In this document: one piece after another, positions 26,801 through 41,800 of the stretch
Position numbering within the stretch: the first letter of the stretch is position 1
Layout: every line of letters starts with the position of its first letter
NCBI GenBank assembly: GCA_002633005.1
Contig: NMRA01000004.1
Location: forward strand, 1,657,144 to 1,721,143
Origin: Phoronis australis
Taxonomy: Eukaryota; Animalia; Phoronida
DNA length: 64,000 nucleotides
Reading direction: 5' to 3'
Translations under genes and position numbers: made by a program
Notes under the pieces: generated by a model
What the model was told of the DNA's origin: nothing
What the model saw: only the letters and a program-made list of their open reading frames with translations
Database searches by the model: none

Positions 26801-29800
26801 CACGGTAGACGTCTACACATTCGTCCTTAGGGATGTGAAGCTCCCATCCAAGCTCACCAACAAACGAAAGACGGAGAGCACGCACCTCATGTCCAGCCAG
26901 GGTGATGATCTAGGGAACAGGGGCATAGAAGTTCATTCATTTGATGATTTGGTGTGAAGTCAATGCAGAGAGAATTTTTGAAATTTATGTTATGTATGGA
27001 AGGACAGCCATTAGGATGAAATAAGCCAAAATTACCGCGAGCAGATATAGAATAGCCTCATTTATAATCATGAACACAGCAACTGACTTCTCAATACATG
27101 TAAGCTTAATGCTTTCCTTGAACTGAGCACTAGACTGTGATGTAATGGCCACACTAGTAGTATGCATTAATCAAAAATCTTACTTTTCTTTCATGTGTGA
27201 AGTAAGCTCTATCAGAGAATTATTCCCATGATAGTGTATTATGCTTGGTGGAAATTTAGATCAAAATAATCCCTATAAATGCACTAGGAAATCACCAACC
27301 GCAACATTCACATCACTAGCTAGATTCGGAGGGGTCAATCGGGCAAGACCCAATCCAGACATTACCACATTCATCAACTACCGTGTTAAAAAATTGTGGG
27401 AGGGCCTTTTTTGCATCATTCTAAACTTGACAGAGACAGCAATACACTTACCTTGTTTGTTGAAAATGGAAATCCTCCGTTACTTAAATCGCTATCTGTT
27501 AGAGCTTGGAGAACATCACGACTGAAATAGCAGGAATTTTAATATGAACAGTTCTGACCAATGGCATACTGGTTGCATTTGTGCTTGTGCTCGTATGTTT
27601 ATGTGTGTGTGTTTAAGTGTATGGCCATGTGAACCGCAGTACAGTTTGGAGAAAATTTGCATGAGCACGACCGATGTAGACCAAACTTTAGAAAACAAAA
27701 TTCTGACTTTGAACACTTGTCAGTGACTATGAAGGGTTACATATTATCAAGATGGAATTGAAGGCGTTTTAACACACCTTAAAATAAATACTTCAGAACA
27801 TATTGAGCTCTGTAAAATATGATCTTGTAATTATGGTTCTTGGAATTTTAAAACTTTATTCTGAAGACAGAAAATTTGTAGCGCTAAAAACAACAATTCC
27901 AACATCAGTCAGTACCTCCTGGGTCCTTGTACACTCAACATTCCCATATCTTCGGACACGTCCAATAGCTGACAGTCAAACTTCTCATCTTGTAGTACGT
28001 TCATGATGTGACTGTAGTTATGTTGTGTGGTGGCGCCACTAACCGCGATGTAAAAACCACTACCTGAAAAATCAGACAGCATCAGACACAATGTCGAATT
28101 CAAACAATCAAAAGAATCAATCTATTCATTTTTTACATTAAGCTACCTATGTTTGAAGAGGTTGAAAATTCGCTGAGCAAAAATAAATTCTTTAGACACG
28201 GGTATTTCCAAGCAAACAAGGATTAAACTTTGTGAAAACAATGTAAATATAGTTCCTGTTGTCAGGTTTGTTGCCACACACATCAGCAACAACAAAATAA
28301 CATCACATCAGATGGAGTCGGTGTAGCCATGAAACTAATACATCTCCCAATGTCCAGACAAGCACCAAAAACTCTTACCTCAGCGATTTCAATATCGCAA
28401 CCACCGTGACCAATTTTTAATCAGGTAACTAAATGCATTAAAACAAGTCTCGTACGTGGATAGAGAATATCGCAAGAGTGGCCAAACCACAATTATAGAA
28501 AGAAAAGCCCGGCTACCAATTAGGCATACCCATGACATAAATACTGTTTGTGTGTCATTCTTGGCCTACAACTTCCACTCTTGAGGGATCAAGCACGATT
28601 TTGTCGAACTAAAAATCGTTTAACTATAGCTGAAGCAAACCATTCTCAACGACTGATTAAGTTGTTTACCTTCAAGTGTAGGAGAGTGTGGTTTACCATC
28701 ACCCGACTCGATGACGCTAACAGTCATGTCATTCTCAATACCACCCAGCTTGTTCAACATACAGGTATACACTGTGGAACCTATGAAGACGAGATACAAA
28801 GTTGCATGCCGATGACTGTGTGTCCCATATTTGGCGACATAATCCAACAAAACCTTGGGAGCCCTCAATCAACAAATTTAAGTGACTAATCCCAAAGATT
28901 TTTTCACAAAACTGTGTCAATCTCAATTCTGCTTTGTATTCACCCCGATTCTCTGAATTTCACCAATTAAAACTAAACTGCGATTATGAGTAACGTTTCA
29001 TACAGAGAATTCAGCTGGTACAAGAAGTGCCCCATGCTCATAGTAGCTAGAAAAATGAACAGTCAATATGTGACTAAAATATTTAATTATAATCGTTTTA
29101 TTATTTTGCTTGCATCCTTGACAAAGTACCATACTATTGGATTGTATGAATTATAATGTTACGTGAATATTATCATGCCAGAATTATTGACTTTGTGTGT
29201 CCCATCCACATGACGTCAGGAAAGAAGACTGCATACCCAGTGTCACTCCATATATTTACTTGACTACTCTCCACTTTCAACAGCAAAACATTACACACTG
29301 CACTCTTACCAGGAGGTTTCTGAACGTCGTTTGAAAATATCCAATCCGCTGCCTTCTGTGAGTCGGGTCCAGTGAGGTAGAACTTGCCAAAGTATGACAT
29401 GTTGAATAGGGCTACACTGTTCCGACATGACAGACATTCTTTGCTGATCTGAAAGTAAACATCATCTCAATTGTATACAGTGACTACTCAGTGTGCAAAA
29501 TGAAAAATAAGCAGCTATTTAACGATTGGTGAAAACTGACTGCCGCTTAAAATCAGCCCACAAATATCAGAAAACAACACAGCAAGCTTAGGATTTTCTC
29601 CAGAAAGAGAATAGAGCTGTGCTATTAGTTGGCAAGTCACAGCAAGAGCACGCGATTTGCTGACTGGATGACAAGTGCATAATTCCACACCACTTAAAGA
29701 TAATATATATCCACAAAACTAAACTTATTCAAGTAAGCTGCATTCTAACAGCAGAAACCCCGTGCAGTTCAGTTCATAAGGGCCCTCTCCTCCTGCCATA

Positions 29801-32800
29801 TTTCAATGGTTCTCGTACTCATGCACCTTCCTTCACTATCACTTCTGCCTAGTCAGGGAGACATATGGTTTTGACCCTCAGTTGATCCGGAACAAAATGT
29901 CCCAGAGGGTCAGGCAACTAACCATGCGAACACAGCTTTTACTATGAGGACTCCTTGTTATCGAAACAACAACATAAGAATGAGTAGACAATGAAGTACT
30001 GCAAAAAAGAATTATTATTCATTACAACACGACACAATTTTGATATAGATTTGCCTACTTACTAGTTAAAACACAACATGCAGAGATGTCAGAACTCATA
30101 AACACAGCAATAATAAATACTATTATAGCAAATGCATTAGGAAGACAATAGAACAGAGTAACCTAACATTAATGACTAACAACGTCCAAACTGTACATAC
30201 CAAATGTCAGCTCCAGCATATTACTGTAATTTAGAGTTCCTATTATCAACAAACTGTTAATGGTAAAATCGGAAAACAATTGGCACTTCTGCAGTGCCAG
30301 ACAGCGCCTTCTTCAAAAGACTTCCATCTTCATCAAAGACATTATAGCCAATAAAAAAAGTGTTACCTTCCTGTGAAGAGGGGTGAATCAAGTTTCCTGA
30401 TTTCACTGATTGGGAACTCGGGTTACAGCCATGTCATTTTCAGTTTGAAAGTGATACCAAGGGGAGAAAGTTGGCAAACCAATGTTTACACAGAGTTCTC
30501 ATTATCTGCGCTCATCTGATAAGCTCATGTTATCCAGCAGTATGTTGTAAACAGCACACCTGACGCTAACTGAACCAATATCTAAAAATACTATTTCCAA
30601 ATGGCGTTCAACAAATGTGGTGAAGATTTATTTTATGGAATACTATCACCAAAAAACTAAGAAGGAAGAAAATAGTAGACTTTCAGAGAAATTAGACTTA
30701 ACTTTCAGCTGCTGATTCTTTTATGTGACTGTAAGCTTTGGCCCGCTTACTACCACGGCATTGTGGGCCAACGCAATAGGCTTGTTTTGCAAGATTAATC
30801 CAACGTGATTCCATATCAGATAGTGATTTTGGAAATTTCTTGGTTTTAACAGTACAGGGGAATGGTACGCAACAATTATTACTATCCCCATATAACAACT
30901 AGCAAGGCAGTGACAGTTTTTTGTGAACACTGATTGTAGTGGTAGTTATCAGACTAAGACAATAGACAATTTTCATATAATGCCCCCTCTGCTGGTCGTG
31001 AGCTATAATTGTTAGTAACAAGCCTATTTGTAAATAGGTGACGTGACACAGTTAGAGATAGGTTTATTACCAGAGGAACAGACAACAGTGTATGGCCAAC
31101 AGAGGGCAGTACATGAAAATAGTCCATCAGACCCATTTCATAATATCTCATTCAATATCATGTTATGACAAGGTTCTCATTAACTCCCCTGCATACATTC
31201 ACTAGTAAGACCGAGGAGTAGGGAACACCTCTGTGCAATGCTCGACTGTCAGCAAGTAAAGTCGGGATTCAAACTCGGGTCTTCCAAACAGGAGTCCAGA
31301 GCTCAAACCTCTGTACCGACTGTCTCCTCCAACATGAATGGATGAACACAAGTTCATAACCACTGATCAATGCACACAAGAGGAAAGTGGTGGTTTTCAG
31401 CATAGCAAGTTAGCTTGTCTTAGGACAAAATGGAATCCTTTAATAATTAAGTGCTTTTTAGATCAGCTACGTCCCCGTAGTTTGAAGTTGGAGGAAACTT
31501 CACCTAATTATAAGTTATACGAGCTGCGGTTGACCTTACCACATCATGGTGAGCAGGAAAGCTGAATGTATAGTCATTCTTGAGTAGTTCATAGTAGGTG
31601 TTATTTTGATTGACAGGATGATCATAAGCTCCGTACCAGTCGTAGGGAGGAGGCTGGAAAGATTTAACATTTGATAAACTAAGCAATCTGTACTTTACGA
31701 AACTGAACTCAAATATCATACAGTTTGTAAAAAGATGCTAGACAAAAAAGTACTACCAGCACTGCAAAGAGTGGACGAACAATTCTCTTATTTATGGCAG
31801 CATTTTCACGAATGGCAACTTTCACAAGATTCTTCGTATCCTCTATGAAATATTTTTAAACCATCCCAAGATAGAGTTTTGTCATGTGCCATGTATCAGT
31901 AATTATTAAAACATATACATTACGTGAGCAGAATATTCAATTTGTTCTCATGTAAATCTAATTATTTAACCTTCCAAACACTAGGCGGCACCACCTACCT
32001 TGACAGATCCTTGGTCGGAAAACCAACCGGGTCTCTCCCAACCCTGTTGTTCTTGATAATGGCAACCAGCAGAGGCCAGCTCCTAACAAACACAAACAGG
32101 AGATTGCAAGTCAATGACAACAAAATATCTTGGAATATTTTTCACACCAAGATTAGTCTGGTCCAAAGCCACTAAAACTCTGGCACGTCAAGGTAGTAAA
32201 GCTGCTATGTCCATCTCTAAAATTAGAAACCGGTGCACGGAATTACCATTGAGCCTATCACTTGAACTGTTTGATAAAATTGCTGTACCAACTATGTGCT
32301 ACGGCGCGGAAATCTGGGGATTCAAAGAATACGAATGGCTTGAAAATGTTTATGTTAAATTCTGTAAAATTGCTCTTGGAGTTGGAAACTCTTGNNNNNN
32401 NNNNNNNNNNNNNNNNNNNNNNNNNNNNNNNNNNNNNNNNNNNNNNNNNNNNNNNNNNNNNNNNNNNNNNNNNNNNNNNNNNNNNNNNNNNNNNNNNNNN
32501 NNNNNNNNNNNNNNNNNNNNNNNNNNNNNNNNNNNNNNNNNNNNNNNNNNNNNNNNNNNNNNNNNNNNNNNNNNNNNNNNNNNNNNNNNNNNNNNNNNNN
32601 NNNNNNNNNNNNNNNNNNNNNNNNNNNNNNNNNNNNNNNNNNNNNNNNNNNNNNNNNNNNNNNNNNNNNNNNNNNNNNNNNNNNNNNNNNNNNATTCATT
32701 TTTTACATTAAGCTACCTATGTTTGAAAAGGTTGAAAATTCGCTGAGCAAAAATAAATTCTTTAGACATGGGTATTTCCAAGCAAACAAGGATTCAACTT

Positions 32801-35800
32801 TGTGAAAACAATGTAAATATAGTTCCTGTTGTCAGGTTTGTTGCCACAAACATCAGCAACAACAAAATAACATCACACCAGATGGAGTCGGTGTAGCCAT
32901 GAAACTAATACATCTCCCAATGTCCAGACAAGCACCAAAAATCTTACCTCAGCGATTTCCAATATCATAATTACCTGGACCAATTTTTGATTAGGCAACT
33001 AAATGCATTAAAACAAGTCTCTTACGTGGATATAGAATATCATAAGAGTGGCCAAACCACAATTATAGAAAAAAGCCTGGCTACCAATTAGGCATACTGA
33101 TGACATAAATACTGAGATCTGTGTGTCATTCTAAGCCTTAACTTCCACTCTTGAGGGATCAAGCACAATTTTGTCGAACTAAAAATCGTTTAACTATAGC
33201 TGAAGCCAACCATTCTCAACGACCGATTAAGTTGTTTACCTTCAAGTGTAGGAGAGTGTGGTTTACCATCACCCGACTCGATGACGCTAACAGTCATGTC
33301 ATTCTCAATACCACCCAGCTTGTTCAACATACAGGTATACACAGTCGAACCTATGAAGATGAGATACAAACTATTAAGTTGCATGCCAATGGCTGTGTGT
33401 CCCATATTTAGCGACATAATCCAACAAAACCTTGGGAGCCCTCAATCAACAAATTTAAGTGACTAATCCCAAAGATTTTTTCAGAAAACTGTGTCAATCT
33501 CAATTCTGCTTTGTATTCACTCCGATTCTCTGAATTTCACCAAAACTAAACTGGGATTAGGAGTAAAGTTCCATACAGAGAATTCAGCGGGTACATGCTC
33601 ATAGTAGCTAGAAAAATGAACAGTCAATATGTGACTAAAATATTTAAATAAAATTGTTTATTTATTTTGCTTGCATTCTTGACAAAGTACCATACTATTG
33701 GATTGTATGAATTATAATGTTTCATGAATATTATGCCAGAATTATTGACTTTGTTTGTCCCATCCACATGACGTCAGGAAAGAAGACTGCATACCCAGTG
33801 TCACTCCATATATTTACTTGACTACTCTCCACTTTCAACAGCAATACATTACACACTGCACTCTTACCAGGAGGTTTCTGAACGTCATTTGAAAATATCC
33901 AATCCGCTGCCTTCTGTGAGTCGGGTCCAGTGAGGTAGAACTTGCCAAAGTATGACATGTTGAATAGGGCTACACTGTTCCGACATGACAGACATTCTTT
34001 GCTGATCTGAAAGTAAACATCATCTCAATGTATACACTGACTACTCAATGTGCAAAATGAAAAAATAAGCAAATAAGCAGCTATTTAACGATTGGTGAAA
34101 ACTGACTGCCGCTTGAAATCAGCCCACAAACATCAGAAAACAACACAGCAAGCTTAGGATTTTCTCCAGAAAGAGAATAAAGCTGTGCCATTAGTTGGCA
34201 AGTCACAGCAAGAAAACGCGATTGGCTGACTGGATGACAAGTGCATAATTCCACACCACTTAAAGATAATATATCTCCACAAAACTAAACTTATTCAAGT
34301 AAGCTGCATTCTAACAGCAGAAACCCCGTGCAGTTCAGTTCATAAGGGCCCTCTCCTCCTGCCATATTTCAATGGTTCTCGCACTCATGCACCTTCCTTC
34401 ACTATCACTTCTGCCTAGTCAGGGAGGCATATGGTTTTGACCCTCAGTCGATCCGGAACAAAGTGTCCCAGAGGGTCAGCAACTAACCATGTGAACACAG
34501 CTTTTACTATGAGGACTCCTTGTTATCGAAACAACAACATAAGAATGAGTAGACAATGAAGTACTACAAACAAGAATTATTATTCATTACAGCACTAGAC
34601 ACAATTTTGATATAGATTTGCCTACTTACTAGTTAAAACACAACATGCAGAGATGCCAGAACTCATGAACACAGCAATAATAAATACTATTATAGTAAAT
34701 GCATTAGGAAGACAACAGAACAGAGTAACCTAACATTAATGACTAACAACGTCCAAACTATACATACCAAATGTCAGCTCCAGCGTATTACTATAATTTA
34801 AGAGTTCCTATTATCAACAAACTCTTAATGGTAAAATCAGAAAATAATTGGCACTTCTGCAGTGCCAGACTGCACCTTCTTCAAAAGACTTCCATCTTCA
34901 TCAAAGACATTATAGCCAATATCAAACCAGTGTTACGTTCCCGCGAAGAGGAGTGAGTCAAGCTTCCCGATTTCATTGATTGGGAACTCGGGTTACAGCC
35001 ATGTCATTTTCAGTTTGAAAGTGATAACAAGGGGAGAAAGTTGGCAAACCAATGTTTACACAGAGTTCTCATTATCTATGTTCATCTGATAAGCTCATGG
35101 GATCGAGCAGTATGTTGTAAACAGCACACCTGACGCTAACAGAACCGATATCTATCCAAATGGCGTTCAACAAATGTGGAGAAGATTTATTTTATGGAAT
35201 ACTATAACCAAAAAAACTAAGAACAAAGAAAAATAGTACTTTCCGTGAAATTAGACTTAACTTTCAGCTGCTGATTCCTTTATGTGACTGTAAGCTTTGG
35301 CCCGCTTACTACCACGGCATTGTGCGCCAACGCAATAGGCTTGTTTCTCAAGATTAATCCAACGTGATTCCATATCAGATTGTGATTTTGGAAATTTCTT
35401 GGTTTTAACAGTCCAGGGGAATGGTACGCAACGAGTACTATCCCTATATAACAACTAGCAAGGCAGTGACAATTTTTTGTGAACATTGATTGTAGTGGTA
35501 GTTATCAGACTAAGTCAATAGACAATTTTCATATAATGCCCCCTCTGCTGGTCATCAGCTATAATTGTTAGTAACAAGCCTATTTGTAAATAGTTAGAGA
35601 TAGGTTTATTACCAGAGGAACAGACAACAGTGTATGGCCAACAGAGGGCGGTACATGAAAATAGTCCACCAGACCCATTTGATAATATCTCGTTTAATAT
35701 CATGTTATGACAAGGTTCTCATTATCTCCCTTGCATACATTCACTAGTAAGACCGAGGAGTAGGGAACACCTCTGTGCAATGCTTGACTGTCAGCCAGTA

Positions 35801-38800
35801 AAGTCAGGATTCAAACTCGGGTCTTCCAAACAGGAGTCCAGAGCTCAAACCTCTGCGCCAACTGTCTCTTCCAACATGAATGGATGAACACAAGTTCATA
35901 ACCACTGATCAATGCATGCAAGAGGAAAGTGGTGGTTTTCAGCATGGTAAGTTAGCTTGTCTTAGGACAAAATGCAATCCTTTAATAATTAAGTGCTTTT
36001 TAGATCAGCTACGTCCCCGTAGTTTGAAGTTGGAGGAAACTTCACCTAATTATAAGTTATACATGTACGAGCTGTGGTTGACCTTACCACATCATGGTGA
36101 GCAGGAAAGCTGAATGTATAGTCATTCTTGAGTAGTTCGTAGTACGTGTTATTTTGATTGACAGGATGATCATAAGCTCCGTACCAGTCATAGGGAGGAG
36201 GCTGGAAAGATTTAACATTTGATAAACTAAGCAATCTGTACTTTACAAAACTGAACTCAAATATCATATAGTTTGTAAAAAGATGCTAGACAAGATGTCA
36301 AAAAAGTACTACCAGCACTGCAAAGAGTGGATGAACAATTCTTTTAGTTATGGCAGTATTTTCACAAATGGCAACTTTCACAAGATTCTTCGTATCCTCT
36401 ATGAAATATTTTTTAAACCAGACAGTTTCGTCATGTGCCATGTATCAGTAACTATTAAAACATACACATTAAGTGTGCAGGATATTCCATTTGTTCTGTC
36501 AGAAGTAAATCTAAGATAACATGGTTTCATAATTATTTAACCTTCCAAACACTAGGTGGCACCACCTACCTTGACAGATCCTTGATCGGAAAACCAACCG
36601 GGTCTCTCCCAACCCTGTTGTTCTTGATAATGGCAACCAGCAGATGCCAGCTCCTAACAAACACAAACAGGAGATTGCAAGTCAATGACAACAAAACCAG
36701 AATAATGAGTAAAAGCAAGGTGCTGAAATAGGCGGTATGTCTATACTTGAAATGTTTTGACAGAAACATCATTATTGCAAGAGTGATCAAATGACAGCTA
36801 ATATTTGACTATTAAGAACTCCTAAGTATATTTTACAATAACTAACAAAGCAAACTGTTATGCTCAATAATGAGACTGTGGATCAAGAAAAACACTCGCG
36901 CCATGTTCCACCTTCAGTTCTCAAACACAACAAAAATCATACCCTTAAGCAATGGGCACAGTAGAAAGCCATGAGGGCAGGGTTGAGTTTGAATCATGAT
37001 ACACAATGGTCACTGAATTCTTAAAGAAATCATTCAAGACTTCAATTTAAATAATTGTTTCAAACCAATTGAGGCATACTCAAATGGGAGATCAACAGTG
37101 AAAATTTTCCATTTAGGAGAGTCTCAAAATTGGGGATGCTTAAGTTCAAGCCAAAATTATACATTCTTGAATCAAAAAGTTGGGACACAGGCGACTTTGG
37201 CATTCGTCATTGCTATTCCTCTAACATTGGACATTGCATTTTATATCAACAAAGTCTGAAACTAGAAGTGGGAGTTCATAAAATCATCGAACACAATGTT
37301 TCCATAAGTCTCTGTAACATCGAGGTGAATGACTGTTGTAAATATTGAATTTGGGACACCCAATATTGCTACAAGCTGCGACCTTAGGCAAAATAATTTA
37401 ATTTCCACAAACACAAACTGAAGAATTTTTAAAGTAATCTTTAAACTAAACATGGAGTAATTAAAGTGGGAAGGCCACAGCACGCCATCTTGAAAACAAG
37501 GGCTAGTGTCACCAGTAACCATTTTGCGGTTGAATCGTCAGGCTCACATTATCAGACTGTACCTCATAAAGTGGGTCCAGTCTCATGTTTCGACTAGCCA
37601 ATGGTTCGTCATGAACAAAGATGGTGGAATAGTTCTTGGCATACGCCTCTTGGGAACGCTGGCGTACCCAACTCTCGTTGCCAGTGAGTTTTTCAGTAAA
37701 ACGTCTGACAAACAGAAGAAATATATACTTAGCAGAAGTCAACATCAGCAGTTTATCAAGCATTTCTTCTACAGAGCCAACCGCTCAAAACTGAACAATG
37801 ATATGGGTTACTCTATGATGCTTTTTGACTCAGTTAGCTGTAAATATCAATAAAACAAATTATAATAAAAAATTTCCATTAATAATTCTTCACCCATTTT
37901 TTAAGTTCTTTTCAATGTCCATGGGCATTAACTCATGAATAGGATATCCACACATGTCCCATCTTCAATTTAAGGGAGCACTCCTGAAAATATTCTGCGA
38001 AGGATCAGTTACCATGCCAACATTACCTGATATCGTAACCATACATATCCAGAGACGGTCGACCGTGAACCACCCACTCTGCCAGTTGCTGTCCACAGCC
38101 ACCTAGTGAGTAAAGTCATGCACTTTATCACAACAGAGCTCCTTTCATATTAAAAATTGATATTCTTTCTAAATTAGTCATTAAAGTCCCACACAAGTCC
38201 GGGCCTGATCTTGGGAACTTTGCATGCAAGTCTGGATTTGTAAGGGGGGCATATGACACAACTTTGTCCTTAAATGTTGGTGTAGGAAAATTCCCCCCTG
38301 CCCATATATTTGGCTCCCTCCTTATATATTTTCCCATATTTTCCGCTGAGTGCTCCTCTGCCCAAATAAATTCGATTTGCCCAATTTTTCGAAATGATTT
38401 TGCCCAAATCTTTTCAGTGCACTATAGACCGAGAAAGCAGTTCACCAATGTGTGCCAAGTGTCCCACTGTACATAACAAGCTGAGTAGGACGTCCTCTTC
38501 ATACATGCCATCTGGTGGATTTTATCCGAGTTCACCGCTTAACGAAACACACAAGTGATTTTTTGGGCGCAGAATTTTACTATTTAACATTTGATTCTAA
38601 AGTTATACTCACTCAGCATCATACCGGAGCTGTTAAAACCGCAGCCGTGATAAAAACCCCTCACCTCAGGGGACTCGCCCAATAAAGGCTTGTGGTCTGG
38701 TGTGAAGGATTCTGGAAATGTCACACACATCACATTTAGATAGTTGCATAAGTTTAGCCCAGTACACATATACTTGCCATGAAGTTTCTGCAATTTTATG

Positions 38801-41800
38801 GCGAAGCAGTGAAAAATTATTTAAACAAAATTTTCAACGAAAATAAACAGGAATAATGTGTATTGCACAACTGCCACCAAAAACAAACAATGACATTTAA
38901 GAATTTTTTACAATACAGTCGGGTTTTTAAAGTTGGAAAGATGACATTTTTGGTAATTATTTTTGGTCGAAACTTAGGAAATGTTTTCATATGGTGGCAC
39001 CTACTCACAAAACATCCTTCAACAATGCAAACCAAAGTATACGATTTAACGAGTGATTTTTCATTTCGATTTAAGTCATTGACAATAGTCACTGGCCATC
39101 AATCAATATCTTGACTGATTAGACAAGAGTGCACTAGCCAGGCAAACACAGACTCATTTCAATACAACCTCATCTTCCCTTGATTTTTGCACTATCCAAC
39201 CTATGCACCAAATTCTGAGCAATCACTTGCAAGATTATTTAGTAATTCATTTCAGTGGCATTAAAAACTTTGAATAAAGAATGTACCCGGTCCACACACA
39301 GTTGACTTGATTCCAGTTTCCCCCACCACAGGTACTCTGTTGACAGCGCCCTCTATGTGCACACTAAACACGTCCCAGTCAAGGTCGAACAAAGAAAAAG
39401 CAAAATCCTTCTTCACCTATTAACGACAAAAAATCATAAAACACAATCTTTTTACAACTTTTAGACGGGTATTTCCATCGAACTGTAAGCCTAGACATTA
39501 GGGGTAATGAAATAAGTTGATGGACTCTTACAAACTCGTCTTAAAATTTTCTTTTCCCAAATAAAATGATAAGTTTCCTCAAACTCAAACAAAAATAAGT
39601 GCCGAAATCATCATCACTCTTCCATGTTCAAAGGCACAACAATTTTATTTGTTCATTAAAGCCAGCTGCACAATATAAAATAATGAACAATTTTTCTCTT
39701 TATTTTTTGAAAAATTTTGATGATGAGAAATAAAATTACACTGATCTGCCATATCACATTCTAAATTCTAAAGAAACTTTTCCATATTCCCTTTCTACTC
39801 TCAAAGCGAATCAAGCGCCACCTGTGTTTGATACCAGAGGTGGTTCAAGTTTGAAATGACTGGGAAAATAATGGCTTTTTACAGTCAGTTCTACTTGTCA
39901 ATATCTTGAGGGAAGTCTGTTGAATACTGGACAACACTTTGATTGGAACAAAATCGTCTTTAACCTGTTCTATATAAATAACTAATGTGGATTTGATTTT
40001 AGCGAGTAAAAATTAGGAAATGTCCATTGACAGAGTTCAAAACCTTTGTCATAATAGTAACCAAATAAGAACATGAAACTTTATAAAGCAAACGTTTGGG
40101 CGTCAATCAAATTTTCAAAAAAGTAATTCGTCCGGTAGAAACTTAGACATAATGTAAAGTTTTCATTTAAAAGTTTTAGTAAAATGGGCTGGGGATTATT
40201 TTGCTATGACTGTACCTTTTTTGTACATGAAAATTTGACTTAAAAATGTGGTCACGTGACAATAATAAAGACACTGACAGTTACAGTAAGAAGTATATTT
40301 TTAGAATCCTCGATCTTTCTCCTTTCAGAAACTATATATTTTTAATAGTTTGACCAAGCAATTTTTTTGATATTTGACTTAGAGTTGAGGTTGTTCATTA
40401 AGGTCCTAGTTAACCTTAAGCTGCCACTGGCAGGTGACTTACATCATCCCAGAATATGGGGTTGGGTTCATATCCACCAACAGCCAAGGCATCACCCTGA
40501 AGTTTGAGATAGACCGAAGCATCATGATCCCGTACGTTAGGCATATTCTGAATTCCCTCGATCTTCTCCGTCACGACATAGGCGTGTTTCATGGCCACCA
40601 GGGGGGTCTTTACTCCAGCCATCTTGCCAATCTGGGGAGCCCAAACACCTATGTGTAGATTATTGAGTCATGGTAAAACAAAATAAAATATGCATACAAT
40701 TCAAGAGTAATAGCCACTGGAATCACAATTATGCCCTGTACAAACAAAAAAATCAATAACAATAAAAAAAATAATTTCATCACATGAATGGATGAGACAG
40801 CAACCACAACAATAATTGACCATAGCTAAAGCAGATAAAGCACTGTTCCAGGTAAGTTGCTGATACTAAGTCAGTTTTAGCCAATATTTAGTTTAGAACA
40901 TAAATTAAAATTAAAACATACTGTACCAATCTGCTACATTGTATGTCTGGTTTAATAATCATAAGCCAGAAACAACAAAAAGTAATGGATAAATTACATC
41001 TGTTTTATTCATTCTATGAAGTTTTCTGTTCAGAGATGGCTTACGCTCATGCTACAAATCATACAGTCGTTACAACATTATTTCAATTCTTAATGTTATC
41101 TAACAACCACCACAAGATACACACTATCAGTTCTTGCATTCTCTCAATGTAGGACAAAGGATAACCAAAAACTATAAAAAACCATTTCTCCAAATGAATA
41201 TAGTTTAAGGAAACTCAAGAAAATACTAAAGGGCAGTTGACGTCCAACTCATAAACCCAGCTAAGATTACTGTTTGGAACATTTAAAGATTATTTTACTA
41301 AAAACCTTATAGCTTGCGTTCTCATACTTGTTTTTAGTATTTACTGATCTTCCCTACCAGTGCAGTTGATGACTTTGTTAGTTTGAACCATTCCACTAGA
41401 GGTTTCCACAGATACCACCCTCTTCACCCCAAAGTCATCTTCCCGCACATTCACATCAGTCACGTAGGTTCCAGTAATAACCTAAGGAAAATACAAGTAT
41501 TAAGTACATTACCTGCAGCTGACCATATTTATACGAAAATCTCCCTGCAACATGACCCAATTGAGATGACCTTGACCTTGCACACATTACCAACCAGTGC
41601 ACCTTCTCAACTCTCAAACACAGTGGTCCTGTGGATCCACCTTCCATTTTTTAAAGTACTCCCACCCTTTAAAGTGTTTGAACGTTTCAGCGTTCTTATC
41701 GTGCACTCCATCATTACCTTTGCTCCCGCTTGTTTGGCGGCACGAGTCAAGGCTGTGCAGTATCCTGCCGGGTCAATAGTGCCATCTCCAGGACTGTACA

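Noticed and set aside
28670-36653. Mutually exclusive or tandem exon cassette (exons 11-14 twice)
   Set aside because: The encoded peptides are identical, the introns are near-identical, the block flanks a gap, and tandem inclusion frameshifts. Haplotype duplication is more parsimonious.
36566-36790. Short antisense or off-frame ORFs overlapping SARDH exons (e.g. 16145-16396, 41383-41838, 42688-43044)
   Set aside because: Shadows of the real exons. The correct frame follows from the splice phases.
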